DNA of 64,000 nt from an uncultured Rhodopirellula sp. (GTDB taxonomy: Bacteria > Planctomycetota > Planctomycetia > Pirellulales > Pirellulaceae): contig CAXGAI010000011.1 of assembly GCA_964007735.1 (NCBI GenBank), positions 1 to 64,000 of the forward strand. Direction: 5' to 3'. Each line of letters starts with the position of its first letter. The first letter of the stretch is position 1. The notes under the pieces are model-generated. The model worked only from the letters and a program-made list of their open reading frames with translations. It was not told where the DNA came from and did no database searches. Below, in pieces: positions 43,126 through 54,900 of this stretch. Both the position numbers and the translations under genes were made by a program.

Positions 43126-44030
43126 GTAAAATTAAGCATCACAAGCATTGTTAAAAGAATCAACAATGCTCCAATCGACCAAATAATGACGTTTTTATTA
43201 CGTCTAAACTGCGACTTTTCTTCAGGTGTCCGACTCAGAAGTTCGATTTTGTCTGCTCCATGGCCAACAGTAAGAGGTTTGTCTCTCATCTTAATCGAAA
43301 CAGACTCCATGGCTTTGGGCTTCTCTGTCTCAACGATTTCAATCGCCGGAGTAGGTAGGGCCACCTTCTCACCCGGCTCCCCTGATTCTCCATCAAGCGT
43401 CTGAGGCAAAAACCCACTGCCGGACAGCTCCTCTTCAAAGGCTGATTCCAGATCCGCCAAAGCTGCAGCGATTTCCTGTTCTGTCTCTCGTTCTATTTCC
43501 TGTTCTGTTTCCTGTTCTGTTTCCTGTTCTGTCTCTCGTTCTGTTTCTCGTTCCAGTCTCGATTCTACTTGCTCGATTGAAATCAGAGTTTCTATTGTGA
43601 GATCGACTGGCAACTCCCCCTCGATTGGACTCTCTATATTCACGACATCGTCGCCTTCCGCTCCTTCTCCGCCGTCACCTTGCAATGCCGGTAATTTCGC
43701 TTCTTCTGAGACGGCGTGTGGCGTCACTGCCTGGTCCTTCGCTGCCGTAATCACCGGGGGAGCAACAGAGGCTTCGTCCGTATTCTCTGGATTTTCCTGC
43801 CTAGCAAACCGAGGGGGTAGCAAGGGGGCAGTGGGCTTAATGCGAGTTACGGACATTTCAACTTGAGATTGCCCGATATCAACATTTCCTTCCGAGACAG
43901 CAGAGGAATCATCCACCAGCCGTATCGCTTGGTGACAATGCGGACACGTTACTTCCATGGCGGATTCATCCGCGCGGAACATTCCTTCACAAACAGGACA
44001 TTCAAATGTAAATAAACTCATATCGTCCAC
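43122..44030 (-). CDS. Zinc-ribbon protein with acidic spacer and C-terminal TM
   Basis: CPVC-x13-CPHC at the N-terminus; C-terminal IIWSIGALLILLTMLVML. Confidence 0.7.
   Translation of the reverse strand: MDDMSLFTFECPVCEGMFRADESAMEVTCPHCHQAIRLVDDSSAVSEGNVDIGQSQVEMSVTRIKPTAPLLPPRFARQENPENTDEASVAPPVITAAKDQAVTPHAVSEEAKLPALQGDGGEGAEGDDVVNIESPIEGELPVDLTIETLISIEQVESRLERETERETEQETEQETEQEIERETEQEIAAALADLESAFEEELSGSGFLPQTLDGESGEPGEKVALPTPAIEIVETEKPKAMESVSIKMRDKPLTVGHGADKIELLSRTPEEKSQFRRNKNVIIWSIGALLILLTMLVMLNFT
43473..43553 (-). repeat. Degenerate 12-bp tandem repeat (~7 units) encoding ETE[QR]
   Basis: TTCCTGTTCTGT-like periodicity; protein ERETERETEQETEQETEQEIERETEQE. Confidence 0.8.
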
Positions 44031-44048
44031 AAGAAAATCCCAACCGAA

Positions 44049-44924
44049 CTAGTTACCGTTTTCCAGTCCTTCACCAATAGCATAGATCTCTTCAGCATCC
44101 AGAATCTGCCCGGTGGATTCGAACAAAGAAGCAATGGCTGCTTTATGAATCTTCATTTTCGTTCCTCCAACCCCAATCGCGCCGTAGACAATCCTGCCTT
44201 CCAACTCTTTCGCTTTATCCATCATCTCGATGCCTTCAATGCCCATTGGAGGGACAGCATTCAAATCGACCAATACTTTGAGGTTTTCACAATGGCACCA
44301 GATAGCTTGTGAAATCAATTGAATACCAGTTGCACCTGCTGCAATCATTACGTCGACATCCGCCGCGACAAGTGCTGTCTCTTCGTCAGAGGCGGTGGAA
44401 ACCCCAACCACTTTGGCCGATTCCACCTGGGTAGTAACACTCTCGGCAGCCTGCTGTGCCCTTTCAATCGAACGTGATCCGAGCTTAACCTCAGCTCCCT
44501 TACGAGCCAACAAGCGGGCAGCACGCAGCCCCACAGGCCCCGTACCTGCAAGCACGAGAACTTTCGCCCCACTTAGGTCCACATGGCGAGCAGCAGCTAG
44601 CACGGCCGCTGCAGCGGTCGTATTGGAACCATTTGAATCCATCATCACGCTTACACGCATCGGACCAAAGAAACACTTCCGTGTAGCGTCCAGTAATTTT
44701 TCACCTTCCGATACATTGGACCCGCCGACAAAAACAGCCGTTTGATGGAGATCCTCAGGGCCTCGGGTAAACATCGCACCATGGACCAGTCCTTCAACAT
44801 CATCGCCGGAAACCTGATTGTATTGAAACAACTTATCTACGCCGGAATCTACAGCAACGACAGCATCAAAGACACTGGCATGTTTATCACTATCTAATTG
44901 CACCAGGATCTTTGGTTTACTCAT
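44049..44924 (-). CDS. Methylene-H4MPT/H4F dehydrogenase (MtdA-like; likely planctomycete MtdC type)
   Basis: SVFDAVVAVDSG, FTRG, DSNGSNTTAAAAV, GTGPVG, DLNAVPP.GIEG, GAIGVGGTKMKIH. Confidence 0.9.
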   Translation of the reverse strand: MSKPKILVQLDSDKHASVFDAVVAVDSGVDKLFQYNQVSGDDVEGLVHGAMFTRGPEDLHQTAVFVGGSNVSEGEKLLDATRKCFFGPMRVSVMMDSNGSNTTAAAAVLAAARHVDLSGAKVLVLAGTGPVGLRAARLLARKGAEVKLGSRSIERAQQAAESVTTQVESAKVVGVSTASDEETALVAADVDVMIAAGATGIQLISQAIWCHCENLKVLVDLNAVPPMGIEGIEMMDKAKELEGRIVYGAIGVGGTKMKIHKAAIASLFESTGQILDAEEIYAIGEGLENGN

Positions 44925-45060
44925 TGAAGTTACCCTTCCTTTTCACGTGTCGCAATATTACTGACATTTTATCTGATTCGTCTCCAAACTGAATAAGGTG
45001 AATCCCAATTTATCTCTGCCCAAAACCAGTTTAAGAAATTCCCTTCCTGAACAAGCGCAT

Positions 45061-45098
45061 AAAAACACCCCGCCAGAGGACTGACGGAGTATTTTTTG
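45061..45098 (-). terminator. Intrinsic terminator downstream of fae
   Basis: Minus strand TACTCCGTCAG-tcct-CTGGCGGGGTG (with G-U pairs) followed by T5. Confidence 0.7.
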
Positions 45099-45140
45099 AT
45101 CTAATCAATAACGATCAATCTTGTCAATCGTCAGACTGGA

Positions 45141-45638
45141 CTAGCAACCCTTAAATGGGTGTGCCGCACTGTCACGACCATCTAACATTTTTTGTACCGA
45201 TGGATCACCAGTCATGGCATTACGAATAGACTGCAGAGTCGCTTCGTAATTGTACTGGAAGATTTTTGCATCATCTTCAGCTGCCGGGTGAATAAATACG
45301 CCACAAACAATTACCAAATCTTCCGCCTGATCTGCTGCGATAGCACCTTCTTTCACAGCATCAGCTACAGCTTCAGCAACCGCAGCCTGAGCAGGACCGA
45401 ACATCTGAACCGCTTGCTTCATACCCTTAATGGTTACTTTTGTAATCATTACAGTACTTGGCTTGACGGCCAGATTTGGCTCTAAAACAGCCAATAGATT
45501 GCTATGACCTTCGCTCTGGCGTGCAAGTGCATTTGCAAATGCGTCACCGACTGGGCCATCCTTGCTACCAATTAACAAATCAATATGTGCTATCTCGTTG
45601 CCATCACCAACGAGTGCTTCACCGACATACATCGACAT
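45141..45638 (-). CDS. fae: Formaldehyde-activating enzyme
   Basis: GEALVGDGNEIAHIDLLIG, KVTIK, QMFGPAQAAVA, VFIHP, YNYEAT, HPF; SD GGAG before ATG 45638. Confidence 0.95.
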   Translation of the reverse strand: MSMYVGEALVGDGNEIAHIDLLIGSKDGPVGDAFANALARQSEGHSNLLAVLEPNLAVKPSTVMITKVTIKGMKQAVQMFGPAQAAVAEAVADAVKEGAIAADQAEDLVIVCGVFIHPAAEDDAKIFQYNYEATLQSIRNAMTGDPSVQKMLDGRDSAAHPFKGC

Positions 45639-45835
45639 GGAGAATCTCCGTTTATCCTGAGAAAACCTAAAACTAATATCTCTGCTGTGAAAATAGCACA
45701 CTGTCGGCCAAATACAAGAACCCGTTATAGAATTAGCAATTCATTCAGGTTTTTGATTTAGACTGGCTGACAATTAGTGCTTTAATCGTCAAACTTTATT
45801 TGACCGTAACTTACCTTCGGATACAACCAACCAAC

Positions 45836-46954
45836 ATGACTAATCTTGATATCTCTCGAATATTGATTGTCGGTGCATGCGCCCGTGCAGCTGCTCAATC
45901 TGCACATCAAGCCGGATATCAAGTGTTTGCAGCGGACCTATTTGCCGACACCGACACTCAACTAGTGGCTAACTGCAAAACACTCTCGGATTACCCCTAC
46001 GACATCCCACTGGCCGTTGAACATTTCCAACCCGATGCCGTCTGTATCACCGGTGCATTGGAAAACTACCCTTCGTTACTCGAGAAAATCAGCCAACGTA
46101 CATTACTTTTAACGCCTCCGATCTCTGCCATCGCCTTCGTTCGATCCCCTAGACAACTTTCTTCTTTCCTTCACTCTCATGGACTGGACTTTCCTGAAGT
46201 CATCGAAAGCCACGCACCACAGGATGGGCGTTGGCTCGCCAAACCATTCAAATCAGGATCGGGGCACCAAATTAAGTTGGTTCCGGCCGGCAGCACCTGT
46301 CCAGCAGACTGTTACCTACAGCGTTACATAGAAGGGTGCTCCATGAGTATCAGCTATCTGCTTCAACCAGAGACAACGACTGTGCTTGGGACATCTGAAT
46401 TATTGCCGCCACCATTATATTCCCAGATGCCATTCCAGTTCCAAGGTGCCGTGACGAACACCTTGCCACCGCAACATATCTCAGAGCTTGAAAGACTGGG
46501 GGACCTATTACGAAAACAAGGAATACTAGGTTTAGTTGGAATCGACTTCATTCTAACGGCGGATGACAAACTTGTGATCCTTGAAGTCAACCCTCGCTAT
46601 ACTGCCACTATGGAGTTATACCGAGACCGCTGGGAATCACCGCTTATGGCTTACCACATCGAGGCTTTCATAAATCCCAACCGCCCAACCTCGAAAGATA
46701 TTGAGTATCCGCTAGCAGGGAAGCGAATTTTGTATGCTCGACAGAAAATCACTATTTCAGAGAAACTACTGAACCATATACAACAAATGGCGACTGTAGA
46801 GAACGTCAGCCTAAGCGACCTTCCTCGCGTAGGCACTACGATCCATAACGAACACCCGATCTTAACTATCCACGCCGTTGGCAAGGATACCGGTTTACTA
46901 AAAGAAAAACTCAACAACTTTGCAACGCGTTTGTTGGATGGAACGAAACTCTAG
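45836..46954 (+). CDS. ATP-grasp protein (COG2232-like), probably H4MPT/C1-linked
   Basis: ARAAAQSA..AGY..ADLFAD.DT, KPFKSGSG, LQRYIEG, GIDF, LEVNPR; divergent from fae. Confidence 0.8.
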   Translation: MTNLDISRILIVGACARAAAQSAHQAGYQVFAADLFADTDTQLVANCKTLSDYPYDIPLAVEHFQPDAVCITGALENYPSLLEKISQRTLLLTPPISAIAFVRSPRQLSSFLHSHGLDFPEVIESHAPQDGRWLAKPFKSGSGHQIKLVPAGSTCPADCYLQRYIEGCSMSISYLLQPETTTVLGTSELLPPPLYSQMPFQFQGAVTNTLPPQHISELERLGDLLRKQGILGLVGIDFILTADDKLVILEVNPRYTATMELYRDRWESPLMAYHIEAFINPNRPTSKDIEYPLAGKRILYARQKITISEKLLNHIQQMATVENVSLSDLPRVGTTIHNEHPILTIHAVGKDTGLLKEKLNNFATRLLDGTKL

Positions 46955-47721
46955 TCGGGAGTCTTTTCCAACCAGGTTTTCCCTGCCATCTCTGGCTTCC
47001 AGTCTTTCAAACCAGCCAACTTGCCGATCTCAGCAATACAATGTATGGATACCCGTTGTAGTGTCGGCTTATCGGTTTTCCCTTCAGACAGAGCGACTAC
47101 GTCAATTGGGTCACCGACATAAAGAGAAACTTTAGCTGGCGTGTAGAAGGGCTGGAAGATCTCGTTCGAAAATGGAATATTTTGTAGATAACAAGGAATG
47201 ATCGGTACGCCGGCCTTTATCGCAACCATGATCGCCCCGGGGCGACAGGCCTGCATGAATTGGCTGGTGGTGTTCAAACGGCCTTCTGGAAACATACAGA
47301 TTAACCGGCCAGCCTTTGCCTCTCGAATCACTCGCTTCGTAGCAGCCGTATCAACTCCACGCCGCCCGGCTTTAATCACGTCCAACACATCCATGATTCG
47401 ACCAATCAGAAGGCCCGATGCAAATTCACGTGCAATCATCCATCCAATCGGGCGATAAGATGCCATTTGCATGAAGAACGGATCGGCACTACTGCGGTGA
47501 TTACTAATTAACACTCCCCCCTGTGATTGCTCAGGTATCCGACCGTATAGTCTGCCACGCCAAAGAAAAGCCGTAAACATTGCAGCAGGCATCCACAGTA
47601 CAACCTGAAAAAAGTTCATCGGTGAACGCAGCGTAAAACCGATCGCCAGCCAAAGAGGAGAAGACGCCGCAAAAACTAATACCATGTCGACAAGAAGACT
47701 CTCGTTTCCTTCCACACTCAA
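46951..47721 (-). CDS. Lysophospholipid acyltransferase family protein (second PlsC-like)
   Basis: NHRSSAD and FPEGR motifs; N-terminal TM segments. Confidence 0.82.
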   Translation of the reverse strand: MSVEGNESLLVDMVLVFAASSPLWLAIGFTLRSPMNFFQVVLWMPAAMFTAFLWRGRLYGRIPEQSQGGVLISNHRSSADPFFMQMASYRPIGWMIAREFASGLLIGRIMDVLDVIKAGRRGVDTAATKRVIREAKAGRLICMFPEGRLNTTSQFMQACRPGAIMVAIKAGVPIIPCYLQNIPFSNEIFQPFYTPAKVSLYVGDPIDVVALSEGKTDKPTLQRVSIHCIAEIGKLAGLKDWKPEMAGKTWLEKTPD

Positions 47722-47792
47722 TCCTTATAATGGCAGTCTGTAAAAATCACGAATCATCCGTTAATTTAATCACCGTATTATAATCTGCCATC

Positions 47793-48281
47793 ATGTATTT
47801 TGCCGCCCTTTCCGATACCCATGGATATAAGCTTCATACACAACGAACTGTTGAAATATTGAAGTCTTTCGATCCGGTCGCGGTCCTTCATTGCGGTGAC
47901 ATCGGTTCATTGCAAATCCCTGAGTTGCTCGGCCAATGGCCTACACATTATGTTTGCGGAAATGTGGACTCAAGGCTAAAAGGACTCGAAGCCGCCATTC
48001 TTCAGGCTGGTGGCATCTATCATCATGAATTCGGAGACATCACCATAGAAGATTTGCGTATCGCATTACTGCACAGCCATATCCCCCAAACTCTCGACAA
48101 AGCGATTCGAGGCGGGCTGTACGATGTAGTCTGTTACGGGCATACCCACCAAGCAGAATATCACATGGATGCTAAAACGCTCGTAGTAAATCCCGGAGCA
48201 TTATACCGAGCCCGAAGACACACCATTGCTATTTTTGAGCTTGGCAAAAAGCCACCAGCTATTTGGCATGTCGAAGTTTGA
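47793..48281 (+). CDS. YfcE-like metallophosphoesterase
   Basis: SDTHG, HCGD, GNVD, GHTH, NPG motifs. Confidence 0.9.
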   Translation: MYFAALSDTHGYKLHTQRTVEILKSFDPVAVLHCGDIGSLQIPELLGQWPTHYVCGNVDSRLKGLEAAILQAGGIYHHEFGDITIEDLRIALLHSHIPQTLDKAIRGGLYDVVCYGHTHQAEYHMDAKTLVVNPGALYRARRHTIAIFELGKKPPAIWHVEV

Positions 48282-48288
48282 AAACGCC

Positions 48289-48804
48289 CTAACCCGCCAT
48301 TCGGGTAATCCGATTAACCGGTTGTTCAATCTGCTCATCAACATACCGATGCTGCATTAAGTAAGCATCTTCGACGGTATCATCATAGAAATTTCGTAGT
48401 ACTGACAGTGCGAGGAAATCCTGTCCTTTAAAGAACAACTGTGCCTCCAAATTTGTCTCTCGTACTTCCAGCACAATTCGATTGCGACGTTGTTGAGACA
48501 ACTTGCTCTTTAGTTTTTCAACCATAGCCGTTCCCACCCCTAAACGTCGGTGATCCTGATGAACAGCAAAATTAAGAATATGTAATCGGGTTTTGTGGAG
48601 CTCATAAATCATAAAGCCGACGATAGTGTCATCATACTCAGCCACCATGCCAATACAGTTACGCTGTCTCAAACAGCGGACAAAATCATCTTCATTCCAT
48701 GGAAATTCAAAACTAGCATTCTCAATCCCAAGAACATCCGTCATATCCCGACGAATCATCCATCTAATGTGAATCCCTATTGTCTGTGTTGGCTCTGCCG
48801 CCAT
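48289..48804 (-). CDS. rimI: RimI-like N-acetyltransferase
   Basis: IENASFEFPW, HILNFAV, RRLGVG, LEVRETN, YDDTVEDAYLM. Confidence 0.88.
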   Translation of the reverse strand: MAAEPTQTIGIHIRWMIRRDMTDVLGIENASFEFPWNEDDFVRCLRQRNCIGMVAEYDDTIVGFMIYELHKTRLHILNFAVHQDHRRLGVGTAMVEKLKSKLSQQRRNRIVLEVRETNLEAQLFFKGQDFLALSVLRNFYDDTVEDAYLMQHRYVDEQIEQPVNRITRMAG

Positions 48805-48981
48805 ATTGGACTCCTTCCAGTGCCGGCATTAATTCTGCAGTCTCCTGAAGCTTTTTTTGCTCATTGACCTTCCCTAGTAACAAGCAAAATTACCTTCGGC
48901 CTCTTCGCGATTACCCTGAGGTTACAAAAAATTATCACATCCGAGATTTTTTGCCAATACTAACTTCGAATAGCAACTGAC

Positions 48982-51900
48982 TTAATTTACTTTTAACCCG
49001 TGAAATCGCACCTTGATAAATCTGCGGTCCGGAAGCAACAAGCCAACTAACGCCATCACGATGAGTACCACACCGACGAGTTGAGGCGTAAAGAACGTCC
49101 ACCAAATGACACCCAGCAATACGAGTGGGCTCATCGGAGCGTGACTGACCCAGCTGGCCAGCCAACCACGCTCAGTAAGGACATAAACGAATCCTGAAAT
49201 AAGAAGCACTCCCAAAATCACACTCAACTGCCACCAAATTAGTACGGAGGAAGTGTGTAACTGACTGCGAATTAGAACTTGTGAGAGTGCTCCCGACGTA
49301 TGGCCGGCCAATCTAATACCTGGCGCCTGCAATAACTGGTAATCCCTATAACCAAAGTCAACTTGAGGAAGACCGGACAATTCCAGATTTTGGGGAGATC
49401 TATCTGCCAAGTCCTGTAACAACTGCAACCTGTTTTGATACTTCTGCCAATACTCTTGCTCTCTTGAGAGACTATCACTTACTTCAAAATTCCCGGCTAT
49501 CTGTCGTAATACTGATTTTTGCCCCCAAGCAACCTGGTGCGAGAAGACGGCGGCCAGGCTGTCTGGCTGAACATTATCGCTATCAAACTGAAGTCCTTTG
49601 TAATCCGCATCTGAAGCCAGAATCTCTATCGTGGACTTCAGAACTTCACTTTCGGGTACTGGTAACATTAGCAGGCTCCTTCCCCCTACCAACGCCCGTT
49701 CCGATTCAAGAGTAAATACCACATCCACTTGTTGGTATTGCCGGTCGGATAATAGCGGAATGACGACCCGCCTCTGCTGTTCTGAAGTTGATACCTGAAC
49801 TGCCATTACCTCTGAAACAACCGGAGTCCCCTGCACTGCTGCATTTTCCAAATTCCACATCTCCGGCCAAACCAAAGTCAAATCCTTCCCCGGGATGGGA
49901 AGAACATAGAAAGTAGCAACTCCAACAATATGCTCAGGGTCGATAACCGCCAATTCATAACTGGCGACTTCAACCTCCAATTTAGATGAACTCTGAAAAA
50001 ATGCCTCTGAACGAATTTCTGTTTCGTTGGTACCCAGAAAAACCGCGTGACTCTTCGAATTCACTACTTCTGGTATAACATTCGTTGACCATTGTGAAAT
50101 ACGTTGCGCTCCCACCGACTCCCACTCGACCTGTTGTTCATCAATACTATCTGGAGCATAAAAGAACTGCTGGACATTCCCTCGAGGGTTATTTGCAAAT
50201 TCAAAACCCGGAAGTGCTAAAATACCGTCGGTTTCCTCCAATTCGAACTTCAGACGAAACTGCACTGAATCAACGATTAGCTGCATCGGTCGCAAGGTAA
50301 ACAAATAGCTTTCTGGACCATTCTGAAGGAATTCGACAACGTAATTACCACTCAACTCCTGAACCTGCTGAAACTTGAGATTTTGAAGTTGTAATCGAAT
50401 CTGATCGACAGCCCCTTCTGTCACCTTCAAATCTGCCGTAACTTCAAATGTTCTTTTCCCATTTTCCTGGCCAAAACCACCACTAGCAGCACCTCGAAAG
50501 CTTTGTTTATTACGAAGAATTCTAATCGTACATTGGCTTGCTGCCAGCGATGAGTCAAAGCTAGCCAGTAGCCTACCGCCTAAACTCTCCACATAACTGC
50601 CAGGCTCCAAGTCAAGATCCTCGTCACTAAGAATCCTGACTAAAGATCCTGCTTGTTGAATTACATTGATATTGTCATTAATAACAATTCCGCCCTCATG
50701 AGTAATCGTAGGAATCGAGAGCGTACGCACCTGCGATCTTTGTTCGCCGGAGGAAAGATAATCTAGAGGTAGTCGACCACGCAATTCAAATGTCACTTCG
50801 CCTGTAATGCCATCATCCGTAAAGACACTCAGATAACCGTCGGTGGAATGCTGAACGCTGGCATCCAGAACAACTCCGTCTTGGTGAATCGTAGCTGACT
50901 CAATAACGAAGCCTTTGGGAACAAGATAACGTTGTTGAAAAGCGAGACCATCTTCGATCAGCAGATCTGCATGGTAAAGCATCAAAAGTTGATCAAAACC
51001 AACAACCAAGTTACTGGATTGAACTACCTCTGACTTTACAACTCTCGGTAACGTCGTGATAGGCTCAACAGGCTGAGACCCAATCTCACTCAAAGCATAT
51101 ACCGCCTGTGGTACATCCGGTGCACCCCATCGAGAGAGCAGATCCTGTTTTAGGTCGTCGCTAACCGTGGTTAAAGGGCTATGCCAAGTCAAATCCGGCT
51201 CGACACTTAACGCCAGCCAACGTTCCCGACGGCGTTGCACAACGGGCGTGACTTCTGGAACTGGCACATTGCCAATACCCGATACATCCTCAAGATAAAA
51301 CGACAATTGGACTTCGAAAGAGTCTGAAACGGGGCGCTGTAATGAAAAGTACAGGGTCTTCGTCTCGCCGTCACGAATCCTCGGATTGCTGACAATCATC
51401 TGCCCCGGACGTATAGGCAGCAACCTTAAACGGGGATCAACGTTGATACTAAATTGCTGAGTTGTCCCGGCGACAACGTCTACCTTCATGCGTACATCCA
51501 CCACAACTGAATGCGGCGCAATCTTGAGCCAATAGTACTCTTGCGACTCCAGCACCGACGCGCCGGCAATTTCAACATCCCCCCCTCCCCAAATGACGCC
51601 CATCCGACGAGTGCTACCTAAGGCGGCAACTAATCGGCCTCCCAATGCATCAACCCGAGTACGTCCTTGAACTCCCAGAAACAACACCTTATGCTCTTCC
51701 GATACAGGAGAGGTCTCCACCGTTGCCTCCGGAACTCCGGGAATATCAATTTCAAATCTCTGCACATCGCTGACGGTCTGCACCACAGGTTCCAATTCGA
51801 TTTCGACTGTTACAGGACCTTCCTGAGAAACTTTGATCTGCACTGCTTTACGATCAGCCTGAAATTGATACTCCGTAGCTTCTCCTTCGATCGTGACACT

Positions 51901-54900
51901 CTGAATTTCCACCTGCTGTGCGTCAAACGGAAGAGTAATCTGCTCCACATCCGCTCCAAGTTCCATTTGGTAGGTGATCTGCAGCGCCGGGTAAACGGTA
52001 TCACCGTCCGGTGTGTCGGTTATCCAATTGACTTGATATTGGGCCTGAGAGATCAACCAGTTTTCCGTCGGTTGATCGGCCCTGGTATACCATTTTGTTA
52101 ACTTCTGATAAAACTCATCCACTACATACAAATATTCTCCTGCATCCGAACCGTCATCATCTACTGGCAAATAGACACTATGCACCACTGGGATCTTATT
52201 GTTCTGCTCCTGGTTCACCTCTTGGGGACTTAAAGATTCTTCCGGTTGCTGATAAGCCTGAGAATCGAGAGAGGAGAAGACTACAAAGGCCAAAACTAAC
52301 AAGGGAGCTGCAAGTCCTGGGCGGGATTGCAAATCAAACTCCAGGTCCGAATCTGCTTTACGAACAATCAACACGGCCTTCATTCTGGAAACGATCGTGC
52401 AAACCGTTACTGCCAGAGAAGCAACAAAGGCTTGTGCGCCAAACTCCACAAAAGCCTCGTCAACAAACATGGTAAATGCAGCCATTATTCCTGGCAGCAG
52501 AAAAGACAGTTTCCAGTAACGCCGACTTAACCAAAGTAATAAGCCAATCCAAATCACCAGACTTGCCCAGGCAGCGGTAACCAGCGATGCCTTGTTGTAA
52601 ACAACCAATGATATTCCAGCATCAGCCTGCTTCACGCCAGACTCATACGTCCACATCAAATCCTGGCGCAGGGTTTCATGCAACTGCCGAACTTCCCGTT
52701 CGGATAACAAGGAAAGGACACGGCGTCCCAAAACCCAATCTTCTAGTTGAACAACTGATCCACCTGCTAATTCGTAAGTTGTAAATACTGGACGAAGCCT
52801 ATCGCTAACCACAATCACCCGGCCAGTACTTAGTGCATCCACATCAATCCAACGATCTGACGAAAGAATCAAGCGACTGTCATCTCGAACCAAGGCCAGT
52901 CCGGCATTATGAAGCCATTGTATTGCCGAGGTTCCAATTGCTTCGTTAACGTCAGAACTAAGCTGTGTCATCGGGTCGATACCGAGGGCGTCCAAAGCGA
53001 CCACATCGACAGCAAGCTCGAGACCTTCGAATTCTTCGGATAATAAAAACTGAACATTACGTAACCAACTGGCCCAAGTCAGTTGCGGGGATGCCTCCGA
53101 GTTGCGGCGAATAGCAGCTGCTCGTTCAAGCAATGAAGTCACTTCGGCCGTCTTCCGCTCCAGTGAATTATCTGCCTGAGACCGCGATGCGTATCGAGGG
53201 CTAATATTCAACTGATCATGTTTCAACCACGGGCCAAAAAGACGAGTCGCAACAGAATACTCCGTCGATCGACTCGCTAATTCGAAACCTGGCGGCACAG
53301 CCACCGACCAGTATGACTGTAAAATTTCCGCATTCACTAGAGGAAGCGGCTTTTGCAGTTCCGTCCTAAAACCTAATGCATCCGAGGTAGTCTTAAAACG
53401 AATTCTTACTCTCGCAAATCGGGATTCTGTTTCCAAAGGAATCCGCAATTGGCTTGGCGAACCCGAACTTCGAATTGAGGCCAGATAAATCCGCTGCCCA
53501 TCAACCCAAACGCTCTCCACTTCAACTTGCGGAGGCAAATCAACTTCAAGATCCTTTAACCCCGACCGCTCTACAACATAACGAAGCTCATGACTACTAA
53601 AGCCATGGACGAGATACTTTGAGTGTACATGGGCATTCCAAATCACATGTCCCTGGAGCTCAGAATCGGAAGTGATGGACACCTGAGGAGGCGTTCCTAT
53701 CGGCAGACCGTATTCAAAGGCCTGACAAAAGACGGTCGCCTGCCTTCTAAGACGCTCTGGCAATACACGCTCCATTGAAGGCTCTCTACTCACTTCAACG
53801 GCGATATCTTCACTCCATCCAATTTCCACGGAGCCTGAAAATGACTGCGCACCGTCAACGCGATACAACGGCAATCTGACGAATTGCTCCGGACTGAATG
53901 ACCGCGTGCCTATCAACTTAAAAGATGTCACTCGTGCTTCTACTAAATCAATTTGCCAGCGAAGCCAGCCATCCTCTTCTGTCAGACTTACGTTAGAAAT
54001 CTCTTCAAACTGAACCAACGAATCACTGTTTTCCTCAAGACGCCACTGCATATCCATCGGCGACAAGCCGGAACTATACACAACCACTTGCTTGACAGGC
54101 GTACCTAAGGGGCTAACGTCGATTCGAGTCTCTTCAGTCACCACGTCCAATACGGTGACGTCCGTTTCCAATTCAGCCTCGAATGCTTGAGCTGCGGAAA
54201 CAGACGAAATCTGCAATCCTAACAATCGGCTAGTGGAATCAAATACAATTCCAACATCACGCAACAGCGGCTCGGCAGAGACCTGTTCACTCGCCGGGTC
54301 GAGTCTACTAAACGGTAACCCTCCCAGCCCCAGGACCTGTAAGACATTAGGCTGCTCTGCGGTTAAACCAAGGATATGCTGCTGTAAAACCACCTTCTTA
54401 AGTTGCAAAATTGACTCCGCAATATTGGGATAAGAGATTACGTGCAGCAATTCACCTGATAGTATTTTTCCTTTTAGCTGATACGACAGATTCAGTCGTA
54501 ACGTGACTGTTTGCCCGGATTCCACACCTCCCTGTAAATTAATCTGATGGACCCTTAATCCTCCTTGCTCAAGTTGTACCACTCGGGGAATAAACTGCTG
54601 TGAGCCAAAGTCTTTCCCTGCCAGCGTGACGGACTTTAGTTCCCAACCTTCCGTAATCTCTAAATGCAACTGATGCAGAGGCTCTGACGCCGCTGTCATT
54701 CGTATCTCTGTCTGCAAATCCACTCGGTTATCAACAAATTCATATCGAGAAACCTGAGAGATATGCAATTCCGTCTCTTGATGCCCGGCAACAACAACAA
54801 TGTGTGGATTAGGGTCAAACATCTCGAGGACTCGACGCTTCAACGACCCCGCGAACTCAATTCGACTTTCAATTGCGCCCCTAACATCCAATCGATAAAG

